Part shown: in pieces, positions 46,884 through 59,394 of the stretch
How the letters are laid out: each line of letters opens with the position of its first letter
Numbering within the stretch: position 1 is the first letter of the stretch
DNA from: Amphiscolops sp. MND2022
Taxonomy: Eukaryota
Direction: 5' to 3'
NCBI GenBank assembly: GCA_964187785.1
Contig: OZ076420.1
Location: forward strand, 19,034,001-19,098,000
Length of the DNA: 64,000 nucleotides
Notes under the pieces: model-generated
Databases searched by the model: none
What the model was told of the DNA's origin: nothing
The model's input: the letters and a program-made list of their open reading frames with translations, nothing else
Program-made: the position numbers and the translations under genes

Positions 46884-46990
46884 CAAGACGGGAACGTCTA
46901 AAGTCGGTGCCCGCCCAAAACTCAAAAAATGCAAAATCTCATGGAAATGGCTAAGGGTGGTAAAAAGTTCTGAAGGTCTTTTAGAGTGGA
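46884..46990 (-). mobile_element. Helentron/HINE-like end fragment, copy 5
   Basis: caagacgggaacgtctaaagtcggtgcc: same hairpin and subterminal repeat as the other copies. Confidence 0.5.
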
Positions 46991-47269
46991 AAAAGTTCCG
47001 AAGAGGAGACCTGTGGACTCGAAAAAATGCTTGAAAGCATAAAATAGAATATTCGATGAAAACGTTTATTTAGCCCTCGACGGACATCGAATTCAGTATT
47101 TCAGAATTTAGTAACTCTTTGATATCTACACAAGAAACGGAAAAAGTCAAACTTGATGAAACATTCCTCAACAGAATCTCAAATAATCACGCACTTGTGG
47201 TACCTACGAACTGAAATTAAAACCATTTGTATTCGCCACTTTTACTAATTTTTCCACTATTTGAATAAT

Positions 47270-50200
47270 GTTTTTTTTATTGTCACTGAGGACATAACAC
47301 CTCTACTCGGAATGGATTGGATGAAGAAATTCAAACTAACGATCGGAAGAATACAATTGGCCGACAACAGCCAATCAGAACGTGAGAAAGTATTCAACAA
47401 ATTTCCGGACCTGTTCGAAAATAACGAAACGATAAAAGACGCCGAAATAAACATTCAATTAAAGCCGGGACATTATCCGGTAAAACAAAAAGCTAGACCG
47501 GTACCACTACATCTACAAAAAGGACGAGAACTGGAAAGACTGATAAAATCCGGACATTTAGAAAAAATCAATAACGTAGATGAAGATTGCTTTGTTTCAC
47601 CAGTAGTTATAACAGTAAAAAGCGACAAATCGGTGAAAATAGCATTGGATTCGAGAAAATTGAATGACAGCTGTATTAAAATGAGACCCCACATGCCGAA
47701 TATGGAAGAACTGTTAAACCAAATTTCGGTAGAAATAACACGCGACCGAACACTACAATTATTCATGTCCAAAATAGACCTGGTTTACGCTTACGGCCAT
47801 ATGAAACTATCGGAAGAAACAAGCCGACAATGCGTATTTGCACTAACCGGAGGAAATTTCAGCGGATACTACCGATTCAAAGAAGGGTTTTACGGACTCG
47901 CCGATATACCCACAATACTCCAAGAAAAAATCGACCGAACACTCGAATATTGCACACCGGCATGGTTAGACGACATAATTGTAGTAACACGAGGAAGCAA
48001 ACAAGATCACGAAAAGAAACTATTTGACGTATTAAACAAATTAGAGAAAGCCGGATACCGGGCAAGTAAAAGAAAGTCTGAATTCTTTATAAACCAAACA
48101 AAATGGTTGGGACACGAAATCGACGAAAACGGAATTAAACCGAACGAAGAAAAAGTGGAGGCAATACTACGGCTGAAACCACCGGAGAATACAAAAGAAT
48201 TAAAATCATTTCTCGGAGCAATACAATACATGGCAAAATTCTTACCGAAGCTTTCGGAGAGAACTGATAAAATGAGAAAACTACTGAAAAAGAATGAACC
48301 ATGGATCTGGAAAGAAGAACAACAAAAAGATTTCGAAAAGATAAAACAAATGTTAACCGAAGGACCATGCCTAGCACACTACGCAAAAGATAAAGAAAAC
48401 ATAGTGACAACGGATGCTAGCACAACCGGCCTCGGAATAACATTATGGCAGAAACAACACGACGGGAACACAAAACCGATAGCATTCGGTAGCAGATATT
48501 TGAACGACACCGAAAAGAAATATTCAATATTCGAATTGGAATTATTAGCAGTTGTTTGGGGTTTAGAAAAATTCCGATTTTACCTTTACGGAAAGACAGT
48601 ACACCTGTATACAGTCTACCATCAAGCGCTAGAACCATTAATTAAACGGAACCGGTGTAATAAACAATACAGCGCGAGATTAACACGGTGGTTAGAACGA
48701 CTAACGCACTTCGACATATCAATTCAACATATCTTTGGTAGCAATTTGAAATTTACAGATTACTTGAGTAGAAATCCGGTAGGGGGAGCCACGCCAGAAG
48801 AAAATTACGAAGAAGAATACGTAATTAACATATTAACCGAACACGCGGAACTGAACGTGAAATACGGACCAATATTCGCCGACCAATCAGAACACACCGA
48901 AAACAGAACAACATTACATAACCACAAAACCGAGACACAAAATGAGCGCAAAGAGAACCAATCACAAACGAATAGAATATTCGAGAACAAAAAACGTGAA
49001 CAAAATCGAACAAAACAAAATAACCACATCCGGGCAGTCCGATATTAGCACTCTAAAAACCAGCAGCAAATCAATTATTGAAATCAACGACAAAATGGAC
49101 CGAGAAAATTTCTATCATTGGGGTGCAACCCGAGAAATTATGGATATAATTCGACGACGAAATAAAAGCCCGGAGACAAGAAGGCTAGTAGACAAAAGAA
49201 TTGCGCTGTCGAAACCGGGTACCCTGAGACGCCGGTACGATCACCAAAGCCAACGAACGATATTCGCATCATCCCGACCGAACAAAAGGAGCAGAGAGGA
49301 AATCTCGGATATCGATGCCGAACTAATGAGACGGCAAACAGGCTAGGTGGAGGCTATCAACCACTGCAAGAAGAAACCGAAAATAATCCGGAAGAAGGAG
49401 AAACTGAGCAAGAACTGGAAGATACGGAAGAAGATAGCGTTATAATGCGCGGAGATAATCTACCGATTGTAAACCTATCCAAATACAATACGGAAGGCAA
49501 AGAAGCCAAATACATACAAATCAACCACATTGTGGGAAACATGACGGCAAACAAGAAAATAACCGAAGACAATATCAAAAAAGCGGAGTTCGAATTCATG
49601 CTGGATTTAAAGACACTAATTTCAAAGACCGCAATAGATCCGGAATTAACCCGGGTCAGAACAAGCATGAGACGACAAGATCGAGAAACCGCACCAGACG
49701 GATACAAACCGGTGTTGGAAAAGCTATCTATTCGGTGGGGCCTTGTATTCGTCGATGACCAGATAGTGATACCAATCGACTTGAGAAGAAGATTGCTAGA
49801 CGTCTTACACTTCGGCCACTCCGGAAGGACAAAAATGGAGACCGAAGCCAAAATCTTCTGGTGGCCGGAGAAGAAAAATGACATTGAAACAAAAGTGAAA
49901 GACTGCACCGCCTGCCTTGCATCAGGAAAATGTTTAAAATATCAACTACCGAAAAAACTTTTCGGAAAATTAGAAAAACTAACCGAACCCGGACAGGAAT
50001 TACAAATCGATTTTACGGGAAAACTACACAATAAAAACATCCACGGAGATGTACAAATACTGATCGCCGTAGATAGATTTAGTAGATGGCCAACCGTAAA
50101 AATTTGTAAAACCTCGGAGACAAAAGAAGTAATACAATTTTTATCAACCAACTTTAATTTATACGGAATACCAGAAAAAATATCAGATAAAGGGGGCGCC

Positions 50201-51262
50201 TTTATCTCAAAAGAATACCGTGAATTTTGTAAAAACCGAAACATAGAAATTGAATACTGCACACCCCGAATTCATACGGGAAACGGAACAGTAGAACGAG
50301 CAATCCAAACATTGAAAAACCTGGTAATAGCAAATATGGAAGACGGAGAAAATCTAACCGAAAGTGTATACCGAGCATTACGAGTAATGCGGTTTACCGT
50401 ACACACGGGGTTAAAGAAAACACCTTTCGAATTACACCACGGAAGAAAACCGAGAACCGAACTAACAAATATCGTAATAGACGGTAAAACATATTTATCT
50501 GATTGGTCAGAACTTTCCGTTTTAGCACCAACACGGCCGAAAATCCCGATATATGTTGGCCGTGACGCAGATGGCGAAATCACGAATCACATCGTGATGG
50601 CACGCACAAAAGCGGAAGAGAAGCAAACAGCCGAAGGAATGAAATCACCGAAAAAGAAAAATTCGGTTAGCTACCCTTTTCAATTTGTAGAAAAGAATCA
50701 TAATAAAAAATCACTTGAAGGAAAATTCCAAAACAAAATCCAAACCGCGATAAGCGGAACCGAAAATACTGTGAAAACAGACACCGGAAAAATAATAAGC
50801 CGAAAGTTTATTTCGGGCCCACTATTTCAGACCGAGAAGAAATCAAGGCGGGAACAAATACCGCTACCAGAAAATGAAATCGAGCCGAAGAACAGACACT
50901 GTCTACGGGGGCTGGACGGAAAATACGGCCGCTGGGATGAAATCTTACTAGACATACTCAACGGCAAACTAAAAAGTGTGCAAAACCGTAGAAAGACGGA
51001 GACCGACACCGAAGAAGAAGACGATGAAGATGACGAAGAAATGCCGGAAACAACGGAAAGAGAGACGTATGACACCTCAGAACGAAACGGCTCATACGTC
51101 CCTATACGAACAAATCCGGAGGACGATGCTCTGCAACTCCGCACTGACGGAGAAATACCGGGTGAGAATAAGAGCAATAACATAATTCGGCGCTCTAACC
51201 GAAATATAGTTAAACCGAACAGATACGGTAGTGTACCATACACCGGAAATTTCTGGGGATAA
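47270..51262 (+). pseudogene. pol: Pol remnant (protease end, RT, RNase H, integrase) with at least two frameshifts
   Basis: RT AWLDDII, RNase H VTTDAS/ELELLAV, integrase LHFGHSG...CTAC, LQIDFTG, SDKG, NGTVER. Spread over ORFs 47261-49048, 48942-49346 and 49445-51262. Confidence 0.9.
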
Positions 51263-51459
51263 TTAAAAGTAAAATATGTTTGTTACAGGAACATCGTGGA
51301 ACCGACATAAAGGAACTCCGAAACCCGACATCATACAAAAGCCAGCGGACTTTATCCCCAGTGACCCGGAGCTAACACCAGACGCACCGAAAACAATTTC
51401 AGCATCGAAAACCCTCTTCGATTAGACAAAGATATCAGAGAAGGAGACAGAGGGGGAAA

Positions 51460-51941
51460 TGTTACGGTTCATCCGTCTAGTGACCTCTACCGCAATTCGG
51501 TTCATGAACTCAGTCTAGAAACCTAGACAGTACGAGTTGTTAGTAAACAAACTCAAAATACAATTTAGTCTATCTACATGCATTTATACATACATACGCA
51601 TTTTGTACTTGATCGGATACAGTTGTATAAATTGAAGTACTCTATATTTTAAATCCCTTTCTTACTCCTTTTGAGCTCTAACCCTAGAATAGAACACCCT
51701 TGGCACTATGGACAATGTATTGTTTTTTTCTTTCCTTTTCTTGATTTCTCTTGTTTTCTAAAGAACGAAAAATTCAGTGTCTAAAATGTCTTTGCAAATT
51801 ATATATTGCGTTATTTCTGTTTTTGCTTTACACCTTCCTAACTTTATGATTTTTTGTACGTTCATCTGAACTGAATTACTTTTAACGTCGTTTTTCCATT
51901 TCTCCACACCTCAGGGTTAAAATTTATTGTGATCTGTAACA
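51460..51941 (+). repeat. Putative 3' LTR (482 bp) of the second gypsy element
   Basis: Follows purine tract agagggggaaa (~51449-51459); terminal inverted repeats TGTTAC...GTAACA. Confidence 0.65.
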
Positions 51942-52436
51942 TTTTGCATGCATGCAAGCGGTGGTTTTTCTAGCACATCACGTGTAAACTCTTCGGTTCT
52001 AGCATCCACTCGGGGCATTTCAGTACAAGCATGAGGTCCGTTAAATGCTTATTGCTTGTTCACGGGGGCATTCATGAATGGGCTCTAATGCTTACCATTT
52101 GCTCGTACTTTGTGCCACTTTTGAAGTCAATTCAACATGTCTTTCCTGGGGGTATCTTGGAAATGTTCTGAATAGATTCTGTTGCGAGTTGTATCTTGGG
52201 TTAGGGCATTTTTAATAAGAACCATTTTTCACACCGATTGTGTTTACTGTCTCGAGACAGTAAACATGATCGAACCAAAATGTCTGTTTCAGAAATGTGA
52301 ATGAGACTTGCTGAAGATCTCGAACAAATTTCATTCACTTTTGTGAAACAGCTAAATATGAATTCAACTTCGACAACTCTTTTCTTTCAGAAAAGCAGAA
52401 TTTTTCTGTTCCAACTAGAGCAATCTACTAGTATAT

Positions 52437-54290
52437 TGTCACAAGTTGCCGATTGCCAAGGAAACTTTTATCGAATTCCCCCGGAGGACGTTAATTTAAC
52501 TCTGCCGCCGGGAGTACTTCCCATTTGAGCAACGGGAAGTCAAGTCTACAAGCTTATACCAGCAATTCATCAAAACAATCAATAAAGCTGAGCCTCATAC
52601 TTTTACATTATCTTTGTACAATTAATATTTGTACGGTTAGTCATGTAGATACATTTGTCACAGTGAACCAGTATGTTGCAGTTAATTTAGCATGTTGGAA
52701 GTACACTTTGCTTTAGCATGTTGGAAGCGTGTTCAGCATTTTAAAATGTGAAATATAATCAGGCTGTGAGGCTTAAAAGACACCCGTTCGATTAAGCCAA
52801 GGCTTTGGCTTACCCAGCGGGCTTCCTTGTGCTATTTTTTAACCAATCAGGAAGTATTCTTACCTCTAGCCAAACGGGCACTGGGTCCGTTACTTTCACC
52901 AATGCATTCAATTAAGCGCTTGACTCATAACTTATGGAGTAACATGTTAACAACATTACGGCGGTATTTTGATTTGAAAGGAGGTGTGCCGCCTACATTC
53001 TTCTGGTGTATTTCCTTCGAAGCGATGACAATGTGCTATAAACATCTTGAGCAGATGATGATATAACCCTGACATTGATGGGTAGTTTTAGCCCAATAGC
53101 TGCCAAACTAGCGTGTTGTTCGTTCTATTGCCCCTATATATAAAGCAAAGCACCACGTCCGGTGGGATCAATCAAATGATAACCTTCAGCAAATACAGTC
53201 AAAATTTGAAGAAACTTGAATTTTATGATTTTTTGTTGTATTTCCAATTACCCTTTGGTATACTCTGTTCAATTATTCACTATTGAAAGGATATTGATTT
53301 CTTTTAAATGCCTTCACCTAGAAAACGAAAGCGAACGAAAAGCGTCCTAGACAGTGGGATATGATGTCTGATTTAGAGAATATGGATGTTATGTTAGGAA
53401 GTTACTCTAGAAATGAAGTAGAGAGCCATCAGGATGAAAGTGAAATAGAAGTGGTCTTTGGGTCAGCAGAATGAAAACCTTTTCAATGAAGATTTCCGAC
53501 CTTTACTAAAAACGAACATTGGAGAAAGCATCCAAATTACTTATGAGACTGTTAGGATGACTAATTTTGAGAATACCAAGTCAAGCGAAACCTTGATGAC
53601 ATTAGAATGGACTGGAACTCTCAGATATTAAAAGCAATCAACTCAGCATTAAAAGAACAGGTCCTTCTTTCCCTTCAGAACACTCTTGGAACGCAGGAAA
53701 CAGGATTAAAACTTGTAGGAGAACGCGGAAAAATTGTCTCAAACAAACCCAAAACTTAGTAAGTAATCAAGGTCGCCTCGCGAGGGAGAGCTTCAAAAAC
53801 TCCGACGAATTCTNNNNNNNNNNNNNNNNNNNNNNNNNNNNNNNNNNNNNNNNNNNNNNNNNNNNNNNNNNNNNNNNNNNNNNNNNNNNNNNNNNNNNNN
53901 NNNNNNNNNNNNNNNNNNNNNNNNNNNNNNNNNNNNNNNNNNNNNNNNNNNNNNNNNNNNNNNNNNNNNNNNNNNNNNNNNNNNNNNNNNNNNNNNNNNN
54001 NNNNNNNNNNNNNAGATTGGACTTGAACTCTCAGGTATTAGAAGCAATCAACTCAGCGTTAAAAGAACAAGTCTTTCTTTCCCTTCAGAACACTCTTGGA
54101 ACTCAGGAAACAGCATTAAATCCATATGTTAACCTATGGTCCAGTGTGCTACGCAGGAGCCCCGAAGTTGAAAATTGTAGCAGAACACGGAAAAATTGTC
54201 TCAAACAAACTCAAAACTTATTAAGTAATCGAGGTCGCCTCGCAAGGGAGAGCTTCAAAGACTCGGACGAAAGCGATTTAGATTACGACA
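52437..54290 (+). mobile_element. Diverged LTR of the 27321 group, spanning the assembly gap
   Basis: Starts tg-tca-caa-gtt-gcc-gat-tgc (SQVADCQG...LPPGVLPI*), has a TATA at ~53135, a decayed gag start (atgccttca...DMMSDLENMDVMLG, ~53308-53400) and ends ...gattacgaca. The flanks (tatat, gtttg) do not form a TSD. Confidence 0.75.
53814..54013. other. Assembly gap (200 N)
   Basis: Run of exactly 200 N. Confidence 0.99.
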
Positions 54291-54366
54291 GTTTGATTAT
54301 ACTTTTCCGTATCTGATGAAATAGTTGAAATTAAATGTTAAAGTTTGTAAAATCAAAGACAGTCAT

Positions 54367-54368
<2 letters not shown>

Positions 54369-54403
<35 letters not shown>
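54369..54403. repeat. (AG)n microsatellite, ~17 units
   Basis: Perfect agagag... run. Confidence 0.97.
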
Positions 54404-54405
<2 letters not shown>

Positions 54406-57400
54406 TTATTTCACACTATTCTTCGATTATCTCGTTCAAATCTTCTTCCCCCGACCGTCAATAATGCAAAAATGAAGACACAACGTGGCTTGTTACCTAT
54501 GTTAGTTACCCATGTCGATGTGTTTTAATGATGACGTAATAGCGTTTGTGTTGAATGACTAAAATCATCGAACAATTTGTACAAAGAAGTACCATAATTC
54601 AAAAACTTATAGTTAACCTTGATTTAATGATGCTACCTTAGTTGTTGTTATGGACAAATGTTTTCTAGACCTGAAACATTACGAAAAAAATACATTTTAC
54701 ACAAAAAAACCATTCCGCGAAGAAAAAAGTTACAGGTTTCTCAGTTGTCAACAAAAATTTCAATTTCCGTGCATTTAACTATGATTGCCATTATTGTTCG
54801 CTAAGCGTCTCCACTCAATTTCAGGAAAGAGACGTGAAGACACGACACAGGATTTCAAAAAATGTTTGAAAAGGTTTGAACGGGCATTTGTAATCTTGGT
54901 AAAAAAAGTCTCATCACTCTGGTTATGATTTTCGTACTGAAATTATAGAATTGATATGTTTTTAGTTGTGGAAAATGTAAACATATAGGATTGCGAAACT
55001 TACATTCATTCAAAATTTGCTTTTGAACAAACAACTCAAACATTCAAGCTAAAATTTATCACAATGTAAATTTTTCAACTACTAACTTCATTTTTCAAGC
55101 ACCAACCAAATACTGTTAGAACGAATATTCGATTTTGCAAAATCATGTTGATTGATTTGGTTGTAAGGTCCATTTTTCATTTAGCTGCAATTTCAAACCA
55201 AAAATCTTTTTATTTACCGAACGTTAGAAAAACTCACCGTTAAAAGCATTTTACGTTTCGGGCCAGAGGGTTCCCAGAGGGCAACACAGCATTCTCCAGA
55301 TCCCCCACTCAGGATCAACACCATTTCACTTACACGATCCCCTCTACACCTCTCCCATACTTACTTCCCTGATGCCTCAGGCACCCGAAGGGTTGAGATT
55401 ACTCGTTCAAAGACAATCCAATCTCATGATCCCTTCTTCCTTCCAGTGGGAGATGTGCAGGTGATGCAGCAAGATACAGCACAAGTGGCACAATCTCACC
55501 AACTACCATAAGCTACGGAGCGTGATCCAACTACAATCGTAGAATTAGTTCAGGATTCATATGAGTCACTGACACAGTCCACCTCTGAATCAAGCGATCC
55601 AGGGACAGTCCAGATCATTTGGGCATCAAACGGATCCAAAAATGAGAGAACGCCAAAAAAACAACAGAAGGCAGAAAGTCAGACTACCAGAGCTCCAGTA
55701 GATTTGAGACGAAGAAACAGCAGTGGCCAGTCAAAAGAAAGCGAAAGAGCGACTAGACAAAGGAGGCCGGCAGTAGACAACGATGTCCTTCGCCAAACCA
55801 GCCTGCGGCTAGAAAAGTACGATTCGCACAAGAGCTACTCTCGCAAAATGCAACAATTGGATTTCACCACTCGAAAGTTTTGCAGGCCTATCCTGGATGG
55901 AGGTATAGAAAGAAAATCACACCTGCTAGTAGATGACGCGACTGCTATTGATTACACAGTACACAAGTACACAGAAGCTGAAAAGGAAAAATTGATCGAT
56001 ATGTAACGGCAAGCTCTGGTACAGCAATATCAACCAACATGTTTAGAAATTTTGTCAAAAATTCGTTCAAATTTGACGTGGCACTCAAACATGCTCAAGA
56101 CGAAGTACCTGCCAAAAAAGCACCCCAAAAAAGCAGAAATCGCCGCTCGCGACGAACAAGCACCGGAGACGACTAAAAAAGACGTCCCCAACGCATACAG
56201 AACACGGTATTGTGTCAATCTCTAGGAGATATCCATTACTACAGTAAAGGAAACCAGTGTTCCAGATGTTCGCCTGAGTATCCCTGCAGTATCCTGTGTG
56301 GCAACTAGCGCTAGCGCTGGGAAGCTGAGGTCAATTTTCGTCAAATGACTCTGAACTCTTGATTTCTTGTTGTATTTTTCGATGTGGTAAATTAATATGC
56401 TCGAGAGCTGTTGTTTAACATCTGTTTATCCAATTTGGCGATTTTATCAGATTCTCCAATATTACGGTTCAACCTTCATTGATTTTCAGCCCAATTTTTG
56501 AAGGCTAGTTGAGCAGTGGTCTTGAGTTTTGCAAGATGCCTGTTACTTTTAGCAGTTACAGACTAGGACCAGGCCAGAGAGCGTCCTACAAGACGGTTCC
56601 CCCACCTTGGGACTGGCTCCTTCGGACGGAAAATAAGCTAGGGCCGCGGAGATCTAAGTCCCAGATTATATTCGCTGTTCTAGTTCCTCCACTCTACGTT
56701 GCGGTTCAAGCGCCAGCGCTTATCGTTACATAGAAACTCATTTTTTGGCGACCACAGAGGGATCGTCTTGGGAAGCTTTCCCTAGCGGTTTTTAAAAGAT
56801 CTGGCCCCCTGGTGATCAGCGCCAAGCCCGCTTTCGACTCTGGACAGGAGAGAGAAGCAGAGTTTTACCTCTTTTTAGTCGTATTACGTCTTACTGGAAC
56901 TGGGAGAGGCGTTGAACCAGAGAAAATGCCGAAGAAAACGTGTTTTCAGGTGCGAAAATTGTATTTTTGGGCATTTTAGAAGGAAATCGCTCTTTATGTG
57001 TGATGTGTTGTGTACCCATCAGCGGGTACCTTTTTGCAGGTGTAGAGGACCGTAGCACGTGGCTATGGGTGTCTAACAGGTTTTTTGAGCTATTTTCAGC
57101 CATTTTATGCCGTGCAAGAGGGTACCGGATGGATGGTTGACCATACTCCAGCGAGGCGAAGGAGGGGACAAATCTTGTGTTGCCTACTTCCAATTCCCAT
57201 TTCTCGTGGAGACGTCCTAGAGGCATGGTTTTTGGTGGACAGCAAGTGCAACGACAGACGGTGCTAATGGTCCCACCCGCGTGTTTCTGTCTGGTCTAGA
57301 TGTTGCGAAATAACGTGGTGAAGATGCACCCCCTGTGACCAGATGCGTCGCTCGGATGGAGTATGGTTGGCGAAAATTTTGAAAATACATCTCTTTCGAT

Positions 57401-57942
57401 GGAGAATCGTTGCTGCAGGTCAGTGACGTTCTACTTTAAATGTAACGACACCCTACGAAGTGCTTTTCTGCGGAAAAGATAGCACTTGGAGAAAAAAACC
57501 TCATTTTTGCGTTTTTTTTTGGTGTTTTTCTTGGTTTCGAGCACTAGTGCTCACAGAAGCCAGGAAAGTTTGATAGAAAGTTTTGAAAAAGCAGCTGCAA
57601 GGCTCGAGAAAGCCGGCACGAGGCACGAAAGGTGAAGTTGAAGCCTTCGATTGTGATAAAAGTGCCAATTTGATGCCAAAAAATGTGGAAAAAATGGGAC
57701 TTTGGCCAAAAAGGCACCCAAAACGTGAACGTACACGAGTATGGAAGTGCAAAACGACAGTGTACGGCACTACCCAAAGTGTAGTTGACCCTCAGGATAC
57801 TAATTGCAACTTTTGTAGCGGACTCAGGCAGCCTGGGGCTGATACAGTGCGAAAAACTTGCGATTTTTGGCATTTTCGAGCAGAGAAAGTGCATTAACCA
57901 AAAACACCCAGAGTGAAGCTTATTCGGAGAGAGCGGGCTTGA

Positions 57943-58195
57943 GCGCTCTCATTTTCGATTTTAGCAGCAAAAACAACGCATTGTGGTGAAAACCGCGTGC
58001 AAAAATTCCTTTTCAGCGTTGAGAATAGTTGAAAAACCTCGATTTTTGGCCAGTTTAAGGAGTGCCAGAGTGCATCATTAAAACCTCTGGGGTACTCAGT
58101 GTTTTCGAGACCGGGGAGCCCGCGCGCTCTCATTTTCTGTTTTGATAACAAAAACAACGCATTGTGGTGAAAACCGCGTGCAAAAATTCCTTTTC
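57943..58195 (+). repeat. Direct repeat of ~72 bp with 181-bp spacing
   Basis: gcgctctcattttc...aaaaacaacgcattgtggtgaaaaccgcgtgcaaaaattcctttt at 57943 and 58124, upstream of the third gypsy ORF (possibly LTR/UTR). Confidence 0.85.
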
Positions 58196-59394
58196 AGTGC
58201 TGGGAAAACGCACTGAATTTGATCAATTTTCCACGAAACCGGACTGTCTCTGAGCTAGGGTCGGGTCATCGATTCCTGAACCCTAGCCAAAAAGTGGTTG
58301 CCTTTTCGTAGCCACCACAAAAATTAACGTTAGTGCCGAAAATTTGGTGAGCGTATCGCTCACCAAAGTCGAGAAAAGCTCTCTGACGTTTCGACTTCAG
58401 AAAAGCACAAAAAGCCGAAAAAATCCAAAACTGTAGGACTGTCAGTGCCTTTTACCTAACGGGCACAACCAATTGAGGGTTTATCCCAGTGCTACGGATA
58501 GTGGGGCAACACGCTGGTCCCATTTTGCCCGCAGTATCACTTTCTGAGGTGATCCTCTTGGTCAAATTGCGAAAAAAGTAGTCAAAAACAGTGTTTTTTC
58601 GTGTATAACGCACATAGTGGGTCGAAACCTCAAATAAGCGCTCGCGCTTCAATTCGACCATACCAGTGGCATAGTAGGTGCCCACTGGCATAAACTACCA
58701 AGTTTGGTGCCGATCGGTGTGATACTTGTTGAGAAAATAGGAAAAACGTGGCACCCAAAAAGGTGCCCAAAAAGGCAGTTTTTCTCTTAATTTTTCCGAG
58801 TAACCCGGGCACCTTAGTCGACGGGTGGGGCTACATTGCAGCCCACCATCGTAACTTGTGCTAGTTCCTACGTCGCTGCAGAGAATTTGAGCTTGCTAGC
58901 TCTTTCCCGTGGACCGCAATCTAGAAAAAGACGTGAAAAACAGTGTATTTCGGTACATAGTGGTACCGCACGTCTGTACCTAGGTGAAACTGTGTAGAAG
59001 GGGCGCAGCTCAAAACTGTGTTCTTTTTCGTAAACCTACGTGTACCTAAGATCTGCTGGTCAATTTTGGGCTTGATACAGCGCTTCCAGCGCACACACGA
59101 GCCTGTTGAGTGTTGTTGTGCGATTTTTGGAAAATCCAGAAATTCTTTGAAATTCTTCCTGTGAGTGACCGGAGACTCCTTGCCCTAAACCAGGTTGATT
59201 TTCTAGCCCAGTGTGCTTGTGGGAAAGCGCTGTGCAACTTTGAACTGCCTACAAGCCCTAGAACGTGTTTCGAGAAATCTAGGACGTTGAGTACCATCAA
59301 ATTTCTTAAGTGCTCACCGGGACGACCAAGGGATCAGCCTCGAATTGAAGGCCCTGGTGCGTTCGGCAACCCAATTTGAGTCTTCCGAGTAATC

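Larger units (their letters stand above)
47270..51941 (+). mobile_element. 5'-truncated Ty3/gypsy LTR retrotransposon (second family)
   Basis: Starts within the protease end (TPLLGMDW), then RT, RNase H, integrase, purine tract and a 3' LTR. No gag or 5' LTR found. Confidence 0.9.

Noticed and set aside
47473-51243. Minus-strand ORFs over the second pol (e.g. 49357-49908, 50827-51243)
   Set aside because: Antisense shadows of A-rich coding sequence.
55300-56220. Decayed ~300-codon + strand frame, possibly a non-LTR retrotransposon N-terminus
   Set aside because: No RT, endonuclease or zinc-finger motif seen.
57441-59367. 5' LTR (tgtaac at 57441) and tRNA-Gly-like PBS (tggtgcgttcggc, 59355-59367) for the third gypsy element
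   Set aside because: No partner LTR in the window, and the TGG is not preceded by a CA LTR end; boundaries cannot be fixed.
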